Positions 1-9,676 of a stretch of 64,000 nucleotides of DNA are shown piece after piece. The notes under the pieces are model-generated. The model was not told the DNA's origin and searched no databases. It saw nothing but the letters and a program-made list of their open reading frames with translations. Source of the DNA: an uncultured delta proteobacterium (GTDB lineage: Bacteria > Desulfobacterota > Binatia > HRBIN30 > BPIQ01); the NCBI GenBank assembly GCA_963761335.1, contig CAVXGR010000005.1, forward strand, positions 288,001 to 352,000, given 5' to 3'. The translations under genes and the position numbers were made by a program. Each line of letters starts with the position of its first letter. The first letter of the stretch is position 1.

Positions 1-75
1 CCCACCGCCGCGCGCCGCTGGGGACAGGCAACTCTTGCCGTCGGAGGGCGGCAGTTTTCCCGTTTGGTGGTGGCC

Positions 76-308
76 GGCAAAGTAGCCTGCTTCGAAAATC
101 TGTTGGGTGAAGGTCTGGCGGAGTCCCGGCGCTGGGTGGAGGCTTATCGCCCCGGAGGGGCGTAGGCATGTAGCCCCGGGTGTCAACCCGGGGACTGCGG
201 TTCCGATTGGCCCAGATCAGCGCGCCGGAGGGGCGCAGGAGTAGAGGCCGCGTGAATCACGTCGATGAGCTTCCCACGCACCCAGCGGTGATCATCGGCG
301 TACAGGCG
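76..308. repeat. ~230-bp dispersed REP-containing element (inverted copy of 30432-30693)
   Basis: Aligns by eye with the reverse complement of 30432-30693; contains CGCCCCGGAGGGGCG and GTAG-CCCCGGG-tgtcaa-CCCGGGG hairpins. Confidence 0.85.
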
Positions 309-309
309 A

Positions 310-1263
310 TCATTGCGCACCTCCACCGGGGATCGCCCGGATCGCGAGCGGCGAGCGGACGCGCACGTCCGTCTCGACCAGGGGTTGGCCAAATCCGCGG
401 GTGTAGCGGCTCTGGGCTTCGGGGCGCGACAGGTTGCGCACCAGCCGCAGCGGCTGCGGGTCGTCGTAGCGCCGGGCGCTGTAGCACTGCTCGATGTCGC
501 CGATCATCAGGGCGACGACCTCGATCATCGCCACCAGGCCGACGCCGCTGCCGCCCGCCACGTCCGTCTGCACCACCGTGACCACGCGCTTGTTCTTGGA
601 CAGCGGCGTCACCAGGTCGACCAGCGCCCCGGGATTGCAGGCGTGATAGAGGCCGGGAATCTCATAGAAGTCGACGACCTCGCCGGCGACCGGGGTGTGG
701 TTGTAGTGGTACTGATCCGGCGTCAGGCGGAGAACGGAGAAGGCGCCGGTGCCGAATGCCTCCAGCCACCGCGGCTTGTTGGCCCCGAGCAGCTCGCGGA
801 GATCGAAGAACTTGTCCTTGAGAAAGAGCGGATTGCCCGCTTCGAGCGAGCCGACCACGGCGCGCGCGTCCGCGGGGGAGACCACCGCAGCTGTGGGCGC
901 GCGCATCGGCCGGCACTCCCAGTAGCGGATCTTGCGCTCGAAGATCTTGCGGGGGGTATCGAAGCTCTCGGTCGGATCGAGACAGTCGTCGAGGTCGACG
1001 CCGCAGGAGCGCAGAAAGCGCCGGTGCCCGATCAGCCGGGGGGCGAGCGGCAGGTCGAAGTTGACGAAGGCGAGCATCTTCGAGGTCCAGGCGCTGCTCA
1101 GCGCCCGGTAGAGAGGCCCGCTCTGCTCGCGTGCCCGGGAATAGAGGAAGTTCAGGATCCAGTCGCCGAGAAGCGTCTCGGTGACCACCCGTCCATCGCC
1201 GCGGCGCACGTACTGGTGGATCGTCGGCGCCGCCGGGCGCGGCTCATTTTCGACTCGGTACAC
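310..1263 (-). CDS. Phosphatidylserine decarboxylase-like protein, apparently lacking the GS(S/T) autocleavage segment
   Basis: VVSPAD, LRLTPDQYHYNHTPV, SKNKRVV and MIEVVALMIG motifs; no GSS/GST motif follows. Confidence 0.8.
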   Translation of the reverse strand: MYRVENEPRPAAPTIHQYVRRGDGRVVTETLLGDWILNFLYSRAREQSGPLYRALSSAWTSKMLAFVNFDLPLAPRLIGHRRFLRSCGVDLDDCLDPTESFDTPRKIFERKIRYWECRPMRAPTAAVVSPADARAVVGSLEAGNPLFLKDKFFDLRELLGANKPRWLEAFGTGAFSVLRLTPDQYHYNHTPVAGEVVDFYEIPGLYHACNPGALVDLVTPLSKNKRVVTVVQTDVAGGSGVGLVAMIEVVALMIGDIEQCYSARRYDDPQPLRLVRNLSRPEAQSRYTRGFGQPLVETDVRVRSPLAIRAIPGGGAQ

Positions 1264-1476
1264 TCGCGTGTCTGCGCATCGTGCCCCGTATGATAGCCGC
1301 GTAGTGTTATCGGATGTTTACGGGAATCTAAATTTCCGGTTACGAATGCGAGAGCGGCCCGCCTGACCGTGCACCCCTAGGAGGGCGCCCGAGCGGCCCG
1401 TCCGGGGAGCGGGTGGCTGGCCGCGGCCCCGGCGTCCTCCTTGCGCCTCGCCAACGGCCGGTGAATCATCGGCCCG

Positions 1477-2754
1477 ATGAGCAGCGAGACGGCCCCGCCC
1501 GCGGCGCCCCCGCGGCGCCTGCGCCTGCCGCGGCTGGCTCTTCCCTTCGACGCGCGCTTGCTCGCCGTCGTCTGCCTGGTCGGAATTCTCGCGGGGTTGC
1601 TGGCGTCGCTGTACTTCTTCGCACTGGACGCCATGCTCCGCCTTTCTACTCGCCTGGGCTCCGCTGTTCCGGTGTGGGCGCTGATGCCGGCGGCGGGCGT
1701 CCTCGTCGGCCTGGGATGGCTGCTCGGCGAGCCGGGCGAAACGGACGCCGTGGTCGACAACATTCACGTTGCCAACGGCCGCATCGACACCAGGGCCAAC
1801 CTGCCGCTGGTTCCCGTCTCGCTGCTGTCGATCGCCGCCGGCGGCAGCGCCGGTCCCGAGGCGCCGATGGTGTATCTCACCGGCAGCGTCGGCACCTGGC
1901 TGCATCGCTGGCTGAAGCTGCCGGAGAGCTGGGTGCGCACCCTCACGCTCACCGGCATGGGCGTCGGCTTTGCGACTCTCTTCGGCGCCCCGATCGGTGC
2001 GGCGCTCTTCGCCCTGGAGATCCCGCACAAGCGCGGCATGGAGTACTACGAGGCGACCATCCCCTCGATGATCGGCTGCCTGGTGGGCTACGCGGTCTAT
2101 GCGCACGTCACTCACCACGGCCTCGGCCCGGCGTGGCACTTCCCAGCCTACCGCCTGTCGGATCCCTTCGATCTCCTGCGGGCGGCGGGCGTAGGGCTGG
2201 TCGCGGCGCTGGCGGCGTTTCCGTATGTCTGGATGATTCGCGGCGCCAAGCGCGCCGGCGAGCGCCTGCGCCTTCCCATGTTCGTCAAGGCGGCGGCGGG
2301 GGGTGCCGTTCTCGGGCTCTTCGCCTGGGGTCTTCCGGCGACGCGTTTCTGGGGAGAGTCGCAGCTGCAGACGTTCCTGCTGGACGCCTCTCCCGGAATT
2401 GCCCTTCTCCTCGTCCTCGCCGCCGCGAAGATGGTGACCGTATCGGTGACCCTGGCGTCGGGTTGGCGTGGCGGCATCATCATTCCGTGCTTCTTCATCG
2501 GCGCGGCCGTCGGCAAGGCGGTGGCTCTTGCAGTTCCCGGGCTCGATCCCACCCTGGCGATGCTGGCAGGGATGGCGGGAGTGAACGTCTCGGTGATGAA
2601 GGTGCCGCTGGCCACCGTCCTCGTGGTTGCCGGCATGAGCGGCATCGCCTCCCTGCCGGTGATCGGCGCTGCCAGCTTCACAGCCTTCGCCGTCGGCGGC
2701 GGCATCGAGTTTCTGGAATCGAAGCGCAGCCGGGCCGAGATCGATCTTCCGTAA
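1477..2754 (+). CDS. ClC-family chloride channel/transporter, no CBS domains
   Basis: Many TM segments; GSAGPEAP, FGAPIGAALFALE and GWRGGIIIP motifs. Confidence 0.85.
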   Translation: MSSETAPPAAPPRRLRLPRLALPFDARLLAVVCLVGILAGLLASLYFFALDAMLRLSTRLGSAVPVWALMPAAGVLVGLGWLLGEPGETDAVVDNIHVANGRIDTRANLPLVPVSLLSIAAGGSAGPEAPMVYLTGSVGTWLHRWLKLPESWVRTLTLTGMGVGFATLFGAPIGAALFALEIPHKRGMEYYEATIPSMIGCLVGYAVYAHVTHHGLGPAWHFPAYRLSDPFDLLRAAGVGLVAALAAFPYVWMIRGAKRAGERLRLPMFVKAAAGGAVLGLFAWGLPATRFWGESQLQTFLLDASPGIALLLVLAAAKMVTVSVTLASGWRGGIIIPCFFIGAAVGKAVALAVPGLDPTLAMLAGMAGVNVSVMKVPLATVLVVAGMSGIASLPVIGAASFTAFAVGGGIEFLESKRSRAEIDLP

Positions 2755-2762
2755 CCCCGGCT

Positions 2763-3740
2763 TCACCCTCCCCGGACGATTCCGGCGGCGGCGCGCAGCA
2801 GCTCCTCGGCGCCTTCGGCCAGCTCGCGCACGATCTCGGCCGCCGGCTGGATGCGCTCGACGCGGCCGACCGTCTGGCCGGCGTAGAGGGCCATGGCCTC
2901 GATGGTGCCGGTGGTGCCGCGGATCGGCGCCGGCACGGCGCGGGGCGGCAGTGGAAAGACGACGTCGCCGAGAGGAAGCTCGGCGACGATGTCGCCCTCG
3001 AAGGCGCGCGCCGCCTCGATGCTCGAGCGCAGAACTCGATGGGGCGCATTCGGCCACATGACCGAGAAGGTCTCGGTGAGCTCGGTGTCGCCGGCGCCGG
3101 CGCCGAGCAGGGCGTCGACGTAGCCGGGATGGATGTTGCATTCCGGCGTGGCGAGAAAGCGGGTGCCGACGCGTGCCGCCGCGGCTCCGGCGGCGAGCAC
3201 CGCCGCCATGGCACGGGCGCTGCCGATGCCGCCGCCGGCGATCACCGGCACCTCGACGGCGTCGAGCACATCGGCGAGCAGCGGCAGCACGCCGATGCGG
3301 CCGCGAACGTGGCCGCCCGCCTCGACGCCCTGGGCGACGACGAGGTCGCATCCGGCGCGAGCCGCAGCGACCGCCTCCTCGACCGAGCCGACCTGCCAGG
3401 CGGCGAGAGCCCCACCGGCGTGGACGAGATCGACGAGCGACGGGTCGGGGTCGGCGTAGAAGAACTCGACCAGGCGGCAGCGCGATGCCGCCGCCTCGAC
3501 CGCATCTCTCTCCAGGAACGGCATGAGGAAGTTCACCCCGAAGGCGCCGGCGGTGCGGCTGGCGGCGTCCTCGAGCATCTGCGCCATTCTGATCGCCGGC
3601 ACCCGGGCGCCGCCGATCATCCCCAGGGCCCCGGCCTCGGCAACCGCGACCGCGAGATCGGCGGTGGCCACGCCACCCATTCCGGCCTGCTGCAGCGGCA
3701 CGCCGCAGCCGATCCTTTCCGTGAAGCTCGTTGTCAGCAC
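2763..3740 (-). CDS. Nitronate monooxygenase / FabK-like FMN oxidoreductase
   Basis: QAGMGG, QGVEAGGH, AGGIG and VGTRF motifs. Confidence 0.9.
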   Translation of the reverse strand: MLTTSFTERIGCGVPLQQAGMGGVATADLAVAVAEAGALGMIGGARVPAIRMAQMLEDAASRTAGAFGVNFLMPFLERDAVEAAASRCRLVEFFYADPDPSLVDLVHAGGALAAWQVGSVEEAVAAARAGCDLVVAQGVEAGGHVRGRIGVLPLLADVLDAVEVPVIAGGGIGSARAMAAVLAAGAAAARVGTRFLATPECNIHPGYVDALLGAGAGDTELTETFSVMWPNAPHRVLRSSIEAARAFEGDIVAELPLGDVVFPLPPRAVPAPIRGTTGTIEAMALYAGQTVGRVERIQPAAEIVRELAEGAEELLRAAAGIVRGG

Positions 3741-3790
3741 TGTTCCCCCTCTCTCGCCGGAAGATTACTCAGACGCCACGCGGCTGCAAG

Positions 3791-3814
3791 GTAGAAGCGG
3801 CGTCTCGCCGCTTC
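3791..3814 (+). repeat. Single GTAG-type REP (family A)
   Basis: GTAGAAGCGGCGTCTCGCCGCTTC, identical to the left half of the 38.5-39.2 kb array unit. Confidence 0.8.
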
Positions 3815-3920
3815 CGTGGGGGCAGGGACGTTTCGCTGTGACCGCTTCGCCGCAGGTTCGTTCAAGCGCGACGATGAATGGCGCAGGTCAGGTGCCCCCT
3901 TTCATGTCGGAAGAAAAGCT

Positions 3921-4274
3921 TCAGAACAGATCCAGGAATTCCGCCAGTGCGCGCCGCATCTCGTCGCGCAGCCCTTCGGGGATGGGGCCGAGGTCCCGAC
4001 GGAACAGGTCGTTGTCCCAAGCCAGGATCTGGTCGACGAGCACGTCGCTGTCTCGCGTCAGTCCACAGACGCCGGCGGGTATGCGCACGCGCAGCGGAAA
4101 TGCGTCGCCTACGACCTTGGTCGTGAGCGGCAGCACCACGGTGCTCGGTAGCCCCGCCTCGGCGAACTCCGTCGGCTGGATCGCCAGGCAGGGGCGCTGC
4201 TTGCCCGGCTTCGTCCCCACGCGGGGATCGAGCGCGACAACGTAGATGTGCCAGCGCTGCGGAACTGGTGTCAT
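3921..4274 (-). CDS. PemK/MazF-family type II toxin (117 aa)
   Basis: IYVVALDPRVGTKPGKQRPCLAIQ, VVLPLTT, SDVLVDQI; start overlaps the antitoxin stop (TGATG). Confidence 0.9.
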   Translation of the reverse strand: MTPVPQRWHIYVVALDPRVGTKPGKQRPCLAIQPTEFAEAGLPSTVVLPLTTKVVGDAFPLRVRIPAGVCGLTRDSDVLVDQILAWDNDLFRRDLGPIPEGLRDEMRRALAEFLDLF

Positions 4275-4513
4275 CACTCCAGCCGGCGCAAGCGGCTGTG
4301 GGCGCGGAAGTCTCGAAGCGCCGCACGACTTTCGCCGGCAACCAGGCCCACGGCCCTGCGCCATCTCGCCACTCGGTCGGCGCGCTCGGCATCGCGCTCG
4401 AGCAAATCGAGCGCCGAGCGCACGACGTCGATTTTCGTTCGCGCTCCCAACCGCCTCTTCAGCGTCTCGATCCGCTCGGCATCGGCGTCCTGCAGCATGA
4501 GAGGTCTCCCCAT
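4274..4513 (-). CDS. Probable antitoxin (79 aa, RHH/HTH-like N-terminus)
   Basis: Small ORF directly upstream of, and translationally coupled to, the MazF-like toxin. Confidence 0.75.
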   Translation of the reverse strand: MGRPLMLQDADAERIETLKRRLGARTKIDVVRSALDLLERDAERADRVARWRRAVGLVAGESRAALRDFRAHSRLRRLE

Positions 4514-4530
4514 CGGTATCTACACCTCGA

Positions 4531-4550
4531 TTGATATACGGATATATCAA
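4531..4550. promoter_or_regulatory. Palindromic operator of the TA operon
   Basis: TTGATATA-cgga-TATATCAA, perfect 8-bp arms, 17 bp upstream of the antitoxin ATG. Confidence 0.7.
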
Positions 4551-4660
4551 CAGCTATATTCGACGGACGCCAGTCGCGCAACCGAGTAGCGTCCTGCGTT
4601 GCCGAATGCGCGCCGTGACATCGATGATCGGTTGGCCTTTGCGGCGCCAGCGCCATCCGT

Positions 4661-6229
4661 TCAGTGCAGCAGCGCAACGGTGCCCTCACGGACCCAGCTG
4701 GACGAGATACTCCAGCGCTTCAGGGGCGGCCGGCCGATCTCCTCGTCGCTCAGCGGGCGCGGCGCACTGACCAGGTAGTACGAGTAGGGGCCGCACGGCG
4801 GACCGGCGTCGTACCAGAGGAAGTTGATCTCTGCGAGGTTGCGGGCCAACCAACCACTGCCCTCGAAGCGGCGCAGCAGCCAGCCGGCCTCGCGCCGACA
4901 GCTGAAGGCTTCCATCAGCTGTCGCTGCGAATAGAACGCCATGGTCCCGATCTCGCCCTGGAGCTTGATCCTCTCGCCGGGGCCGAGGTGATCGCGCAGC
5001 CAGAGGGCGATCTCTTCGTACTGGTCGCGCGTTGCCCAGTTGGTGTGGATCGGCGCCTCGGTGGGAGGAAAGCTGTCGGCCCGCAGGAAGAATACACACA
5101 CACCAACGACGGCGAGCAGCGGAACCACGCAGAGCGCCGCTCGCGCCACCGGAGCTCGCGCACGGGAGTATGCCGCCGCCAGTCCGAAGCTGCCCATCAG
5201 GGCGCCGCTGGCGGCCAGGGGCGCGAAGTACCAGTGGTATGGCCCGACCTCCATCAGCGCGTAGGCGGCGTAGTACGCTGCCGCAAACCACGCCAGCACC
5301 CGCAGGATACGCGCCCCCTCTCGGTTTCGATTGAGCACGGCAAGGGGAACGAACGGCACGAGGGCAAATGAAGACAGAGTCTGCAACGGGTAGCGCCTCA
5401 GGTACAGGCCGAGACCGGAGGCGAAACCGTACCTGCCCCAGGGATTGGCGACCTTGAGAAAGAAGGTGTCGGGCAGCGCCGAGCCCAGATACACCCACGA
5501 GAACACGTACCAGGGCAGCAGGCAGAGGAGATAGACGGCGGTGAACCGCGCCCGCAGCCGCCATCGACCCGAGGCTTCAAGCGCTCGTCGGCCCTGGGCG
5601 GCCTTCGTACCGTCCCCGGCCGGGTCGATGAAGAACACCATTACGGCGAAGAGCACCGCGCCATCCGGACGCGCCAGGGTCAGCAACGCCAGCACGACGG
5701 CCAAGACGAGCCAGCGCCGGAAGACCAGCAGGCACAGACTGGTGACCAGCAATACCGTATACAGCATCGTCTCGAGGCCGAGGCTCGACAGCAGCAGCGG
5801 ATTCGCCGCAATACCGACGAACGCGACTGCCGCCCAGTACTCGCCCCCGAAGAGTCGGCGCGACAGCACCGCCAGCACCACGGCGAGGGCGGCGTACTCG
5901 GCCGCCGCCAGCCAGATGGCGGCGTCGACCATGTCGGAGGTGAACAGGCCGACGAATGCCGTCAGCCACACGTCGAGCGGCGAGGTTGCCGTGTTGGTGA
6001 TTCGATCGGCGAAGAAGCCCCAATGGCCGTGATGGCGCAGGGTCGCGGCGTACTGCAGGGTGATGAATGCGTCGTCGATCAACGATCGCTTGAAGCAGGA
6101 GAGGGAGAGATAAAAGAGAGGAACGAGCACGACCGCGGCGCCAATCAGCATCCGATGCGCGCCGGCCGCCGATGGCGTCGACTCCGCAGATGGGCGCGCC
6201 ACCGCGGCCCTCCGGGACTTGTTGGCCAT
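4661..6229 (-). CDS. Polytopic membrane GT-C-like glycosyltransferase
   Basis: DDAFITLQYA, GLETML, LARPDG and LPDTFFLK motifs; many TMs; start trimmed to MANKSRR. Confidence 0.7.
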   Translation of the reverse strand: MANKSRRAAVARPSAESTPSAAGAHRMLIGAAVVLVPLFYLSLSCFKRSLIDDAFITLQYAATLRHHGHWGFFADRITNTATSPLDVWLTAFVGLFTSDMVDAAIWLAAAEYAALAVVLAVLSRRLFGGEYWAAVAFVGIAANPLLLSSLGLETMLYTVLLVTSLCLLVFRRWLVLAVVLALLTLARPDGAVLFAVMVFFIDPAGDGTKAAQGRRALEASGRWRLRARFTAVYLLCLLPWYVFSWVYLGSALPDTFFLKVANPWGRYGFASGLGLYLRRYPLQTLSSFALVPFVPLAVLNRNREGARILRVLAWFAAAYYAAYALMEVGPYHWYFAPLAASGALMGSFGLAAAYSRARAPVARAALCVVPLLAVVGVCVFFLRADSFPPTEAPIHTNWATRDQYEEIALWLRDHLGPGERIKLQGEIGTMAFYSQRQLMEAFSCRREAGWLLRRFEGSGWLARNLAEINFLWYDAGPPCGPYSYYLVSAPRPLSDEEIGRPPLKRWSISSSWVREGTVALLH

Positions 6230-6358
6230 GTTCCTCTCCCGCCCTTCTCCCTCTCGATGCCGAGGCCGGCGGATTCTAGCGCGGCGAAGCAATGGCGGCC
6301 AAGCTGGCCGCGGCCGCAGGGCTGGACAGCTCGACCCGCGCGGGAGTAGTGGTCGGCG

Positions 6359-7501
6359 ATGAGTCTCACCATCCACGGCGAGTGCGAGCCGCGGTTTGGC
6401 GGTGTGCGCGACGCCTTTGCCGCCAACTTCGAGGCCGGGCGGGAGGTCGGGGCGTCGTTCGCGGCGACCATCGACGGTGCGCTCGTCGTCGATCTCTGGG
6501 GCGGCTGGGCGGACGCGGCGCGCCGGCGCGCCTGGGAGCGCGACACCATCGTCAACGTCTTCTCGACCACCAAGGCGATGACGGCCATCTGCGCCCACCT
6601 GCTCGCCGATCGCGACCAGCTCGACTTCGATGCGCCGGTGTCGCGCTACTGGCCCGAGTTCGCGCAGGCGGGGAAGGGCGAGATGCCGGTGCGCTACCTT
6701 CTCAGTCATCAGGCCGGGCTCGCCGCCATCCGCGAGCCGCTGCCGATCGAGGCGCTCTACGACTGGGAGCGGATGACGGCGGTGCTGGCGGCGGAGGCGC
6801 CGTGGTGGAAGCCCGGCAGCGCCAACGGCTATCACGCGGTGACCTACGGCTATCTGGTCGGAGAGCTGGTGCGCCGCATCAGCGGCCGCAGCCTGGGCGT
6901 CTTCTTTCGCGACGAGGTGGCGCGACCGCTCGGCATCGATTTCCACATCGGGCTCGCCGCAGATGAGGAGGCGCGCGCCGCCGAAATGGTGCCGCCGACG
7001 GCGGCGGAAAACGCCGCCGCCGGCGCCGCCATCGATCCCGAATCGATGCTGGGGAAGGTGATGGGCAATCCGCCGCTGGCAGCGGAGGTGGCGAACACGA
7101 CCGCCTGGCGCACCGCCGAGATCCCGGCGGCCAACGGCCACGGCAACGCGCGCTCGGTGGCGCGCGCCCTGGCAGCGCTCGCCTGCGGCGGTCGCCTCGA
7201 CGGCGTGTCCCTGCTGCGTTCCGAGAGCATCGAGCGCGCCATCGAGGAGCAGTGCTACGGAACCGACCTCGTCCTCGGCATTCCGATGCGCTGGGGCCTC
7301 GGCTTCATGATGACCAGTGCCGATCTGCCGTTCGGTCCGAACCCGCGTACCTTCGGCCACGGCGGCTGGGGAGGCTCGCTCGGCATCGCCGACATGGACG
7401 CCCGCGTCAGCTGGGCCTACGTGATGAACAAGATGTCGCCGGGAACCACCGGCGACACGCGCGCCGCGGGCCTGTTGATGGCGCTGTACGCGGGGTTGTA
7501 G
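6359..7501 (+). CDS. Serine hydrolase / esterase, beta-lactamase class C fold
   Basis: FSTTK (SxxK), LLSHQAGL, GYH and FGHGGWGGS motifs. Confidence 0.9.
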   Translation: MSLTIHGECEPRFGGVRDAFAANFEAGREVGASFAATIDGALVVDLWGGWADAARRRAWERDTIVNVFSTTKAMTAICAHLLADRDQLDFDAPVSRYWPEFAQAGKGEMPVRYLLSHQAGLAAIREPLPIEALYDWERMTAVLAAEAPWWKPGSANGYHAVTYGYLVGELVRRISGRSLGVFFRDEVARPLGIDFHIGLAADEEARAAEMVPPTAAENAAAGAAIDPESMLGKVMGNPPLAAEVANTTAWRTAEIPAANGHGNARSVARALAALACGGRLDGVSLLRSESIERAIEEQCYGTDLVLGIPMRWGLGFMMTSADLPFGPNPRTFGHGGWGGSLGIADMDARVSWAYVMNKMSPGTTGDTRAAGLLMALYAGL

Positions 7502-7565
7502 TGGGAGCGCGGCCATCTTGGCCGCCTCTGCTGTAATCCATGCGGCTGGGACGGCCCACCCCAGC

Positions 7566-9458
7566 TCAGAGCTCGATCTGCATTCCCAGCTCGACAACGC
7601 GATTGGTGGGGAGGCGGAAGAACTGGGTGGGACGCTGGGCGTTGCGCGAGAGAAACGAGAAGAGGCGCTTGCGCCAGAGGGCCATGTCGCCGCTGCGGCT
7701 GGGCAGCAGCCGATTGTTGCTGAGGATATACGTTGCCCGGGCGGGGTCGATGGCGACGCCGTCGACGTGAACTCCGCGCAGGGCAGCGGGAATGTCGGGA
7801 TCCTCCATGAAGCCGTAGCGAATCACGGCGCGGTGAAAGCCGGCACCGAGCGGCTCGATCTCGACGCGATCCTGCTCCGCCACATAGGGCACCTCCGCCG
7901 TGATCACCGTGAGGATGAGATTCTCCTGATGGAGCACCCGATTGAGCTTGATGTTGTGAAGCAGGGCGACCGGGACGCCGTCGAGCGAGCCGCTCAGAAA
8001 GATTGCCGTGCCGGGGGCGCGCAGCAGGCGGTCCTGGCCGACGTCCTGAACGAAGGTCGCCAGCGGCAGGGCGGTTCGACTGAGGCGGGCGACCACGAGC
8101 TCCCGGCCCTTCTGCCAGGTGGTAAAACACACGAAGCCCGCGGCGCCGACCAGAAGCGGAAACCAGCCGCCGTGGGTGACCTTCACCACGTTTGCCCCGA
8201 AGAAGGCCAGATCGACGACGAGGAACGTCGCCGTCACCAGCAGGGCGATCGGCCGCGGCCAGTGCCACAGACGGCGCGAGACCACGTAGGCGAGAAGCGT
8301 GGTGATGATCATCGTCGTGCTCACCGCCACCCCGTAGGCGGCGGCCAGGCTCGTCGAGCTTTCGAAGGCGATCACCAGCGCGATGGTCACCACCATCAGC
8401 GCCCAGTTCGCCCCGGGAACGTAGATCTGGCCGATCTCTCGCGACGAGGTGTGGATGATCTCGACGCGCGGCAGGAAGCCGAGCTGCACGGCCTGGCGGG
8501 TGAGGGAGAAGACGCCGGAGATCACTGCCTGGGAGGCGATGACGGTCGCCATTGCCGCGAGCAGCACCAGGGGATACAGCGCCCAATCTGGTGCCAGGCG
8601 GTAGAACGGGTTGTGAGCCGCCTCCGGCGAGCGCAGGAGAAGGGCCCCCTGTCCGAAGTAGTTCAGCAGCAGCGACGGCGCCACCAGGCCGAACCAGTCG
8701 ATCTGGATCGGCAGCTCGCCGAAGTGCCCGAGATCGGCGTACAGCGCCTCGCCGCCCGTGGCCACCAGGAAGACCGCGCCGAGAACCAGGTAGCCGGCGA
8801 TGCCGTTGATGGCGAAGAAACGGAGGGCGTGAACGGGATTGATGGCTCCCAGAACCGATGGCTCGCGGGCGATGCCGATCACGCCGAGCACCGACAGGGT
8901 CGCGAACCACACCAGGATCACCGGCCCGAACACGGCGCCGACGCCGGCCGTGCCGCGGCGCTGAAAGAGAAAGAGCCCCAGGAGGATGCCGACCGTGATC
9001 GGCACCACGAAGGGAGTGAAGATCGGTGTCGCGACCTCGAGCCCTTCGATGGCGCTGAGGACGGAGATCGCCGGGGTGAGAGCACCGTCTCCGTAGAGGA
9101 GCGCCGCCCCGAACAGCCCGAGAGCGAGCGACACCGCCGCCAGTCGCCGGTTCTTCCCGATTGCGGAATGGACGAGTGCCATCAGGGCGAGGATGCCGCC
9201 CTCGCCCCGATTGTCGGCGCGCAGCACGTAGACGTGGTACTTGAGCGTGACTACGATCACCAGCGACCAGAAGATCAGCGACAGCACGCCGAGGATGTTC
9301 TCCGGCGTGACCGGCACGGCGTGCGGGCCGAAGAAGCACTCGCGGATGGCGTACAGCGGGCTGGTGCCGATGTCGCCGTAGACGACGCCGACAGCGGTCA
9401 GGCAGAGGAGGGCCAGAGGAGACCTCCCGTGCGGGCTCTCGGGGAAAGATCTGCTCAT
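7566..9458 (-). CDS. kup: KUP/HAK/KT potassium transporter
   Basis: GVVYGDIGTSPLYA, ADNRGEGG, TGGEALYADLGHF and GQIYVP motifs; start trimmed to MSRSFPES. Confidence 0.95.
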   Translation of the reverse strand: MSRSFPESPHGRSPLALLCLTAVGVVYGDIGTSPLYAIRECFFGPHAVPVTPENILGVLSLIFWSLVIVVTLKYHVYVLRADNRGEGGILALMALVHSAIGKNRRLAAVSLALGLFGAALLYGDGALTPAISVLSAIEGLEVATPIFTPFVVPITVGILLGLFLFQRRGTAGVGAVFGPVILVWFATLSVLGVIGIAREPSVLGAINPVHALRFFAINGIAGYLVLGAVFLVATGGEALYADLGHFGELPIQIDWFGLVAPSLLLNYFGQGALLLRSPEAAHNPFYRLAPDWALYPLVLLAAMATVIASQAVISGVFSLTRQAVQLGFLPRVEIIHTSSREIGQIYVPGANWALMVVTIALVIAFESSTSLAAAYGVAVSTTMIITTLLAYVVSRRLWHWPRPIALLVTATFLVVDLAFFGANVVKVTHGGWFPLLVGAAGFVCFTTWQKGRELVVARLSRTALPLATFVQDVGQDRLLRAPGTAIFLSGSLDGVPVALLHNIKLNRVLHQENLILTVITAEVPYVAEQDRVEIEPLGAGFHRAVIRYGFMEDPDIPAALRGVHVDGVAIDPARATYILSNNRLLPSRSGDMALWRKRLFSFLSRNAQRPTQFFRLPTNRVVELGMQIEL

Positions 9459-9651
9459 CGCCCGATCCCCCGGTGGAGGGCTCGTCGAGTCGTCTGTCGG
9501 CACACTGGCGGAGTCTTGGTGCGGGATTGTCGTGCTCTTCCCGGGGGACTGCGTCTGCATGGGCGCGACCATGCGCGCACCGTGCCCGACCGCCGCGGAC
9601 GGGATGCTGCGGCTCCCCGGCGCGGGCGCAGGCGCGCAGCGCCGTGCATGT

Positions 9652-9676
9652 TGCAATCTGCACGCTGCAGAATGCA
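9652..9676. promoter_or_regulatory. Paired TGCA-N3-TGCA boxes, candidate enhancer for a sigma54 activator
   Basis: TGCAATCTGCA-cgc-TGCAGAATGCA, a near-perfect inverted repeat ~140 bp upstream of a -24/-12 promoter. Confidence 0.5.

Noticed and set aside
2763..3740. Recent duplication of the nitronate monooxygenase genes (with 50814-51941)
   Set aside because: The two proteins share only family motifs and are clearly distant paralogues
6230..7597. N-terminal extension making the membrane glycosyltransferase 978 aa
   Set aside because: It overlaps the esterase on the opposite strand; the likely start is the Met at 6229 after a purine-rich RBS
9571..9587. Sigma54 promoter for kup (minus strand GGGCACGGTGCGCGCAT)
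   Set aside because: GG-N10-GC spacing fits, but the -12 lacks TTGC and such matches are common at this GC content
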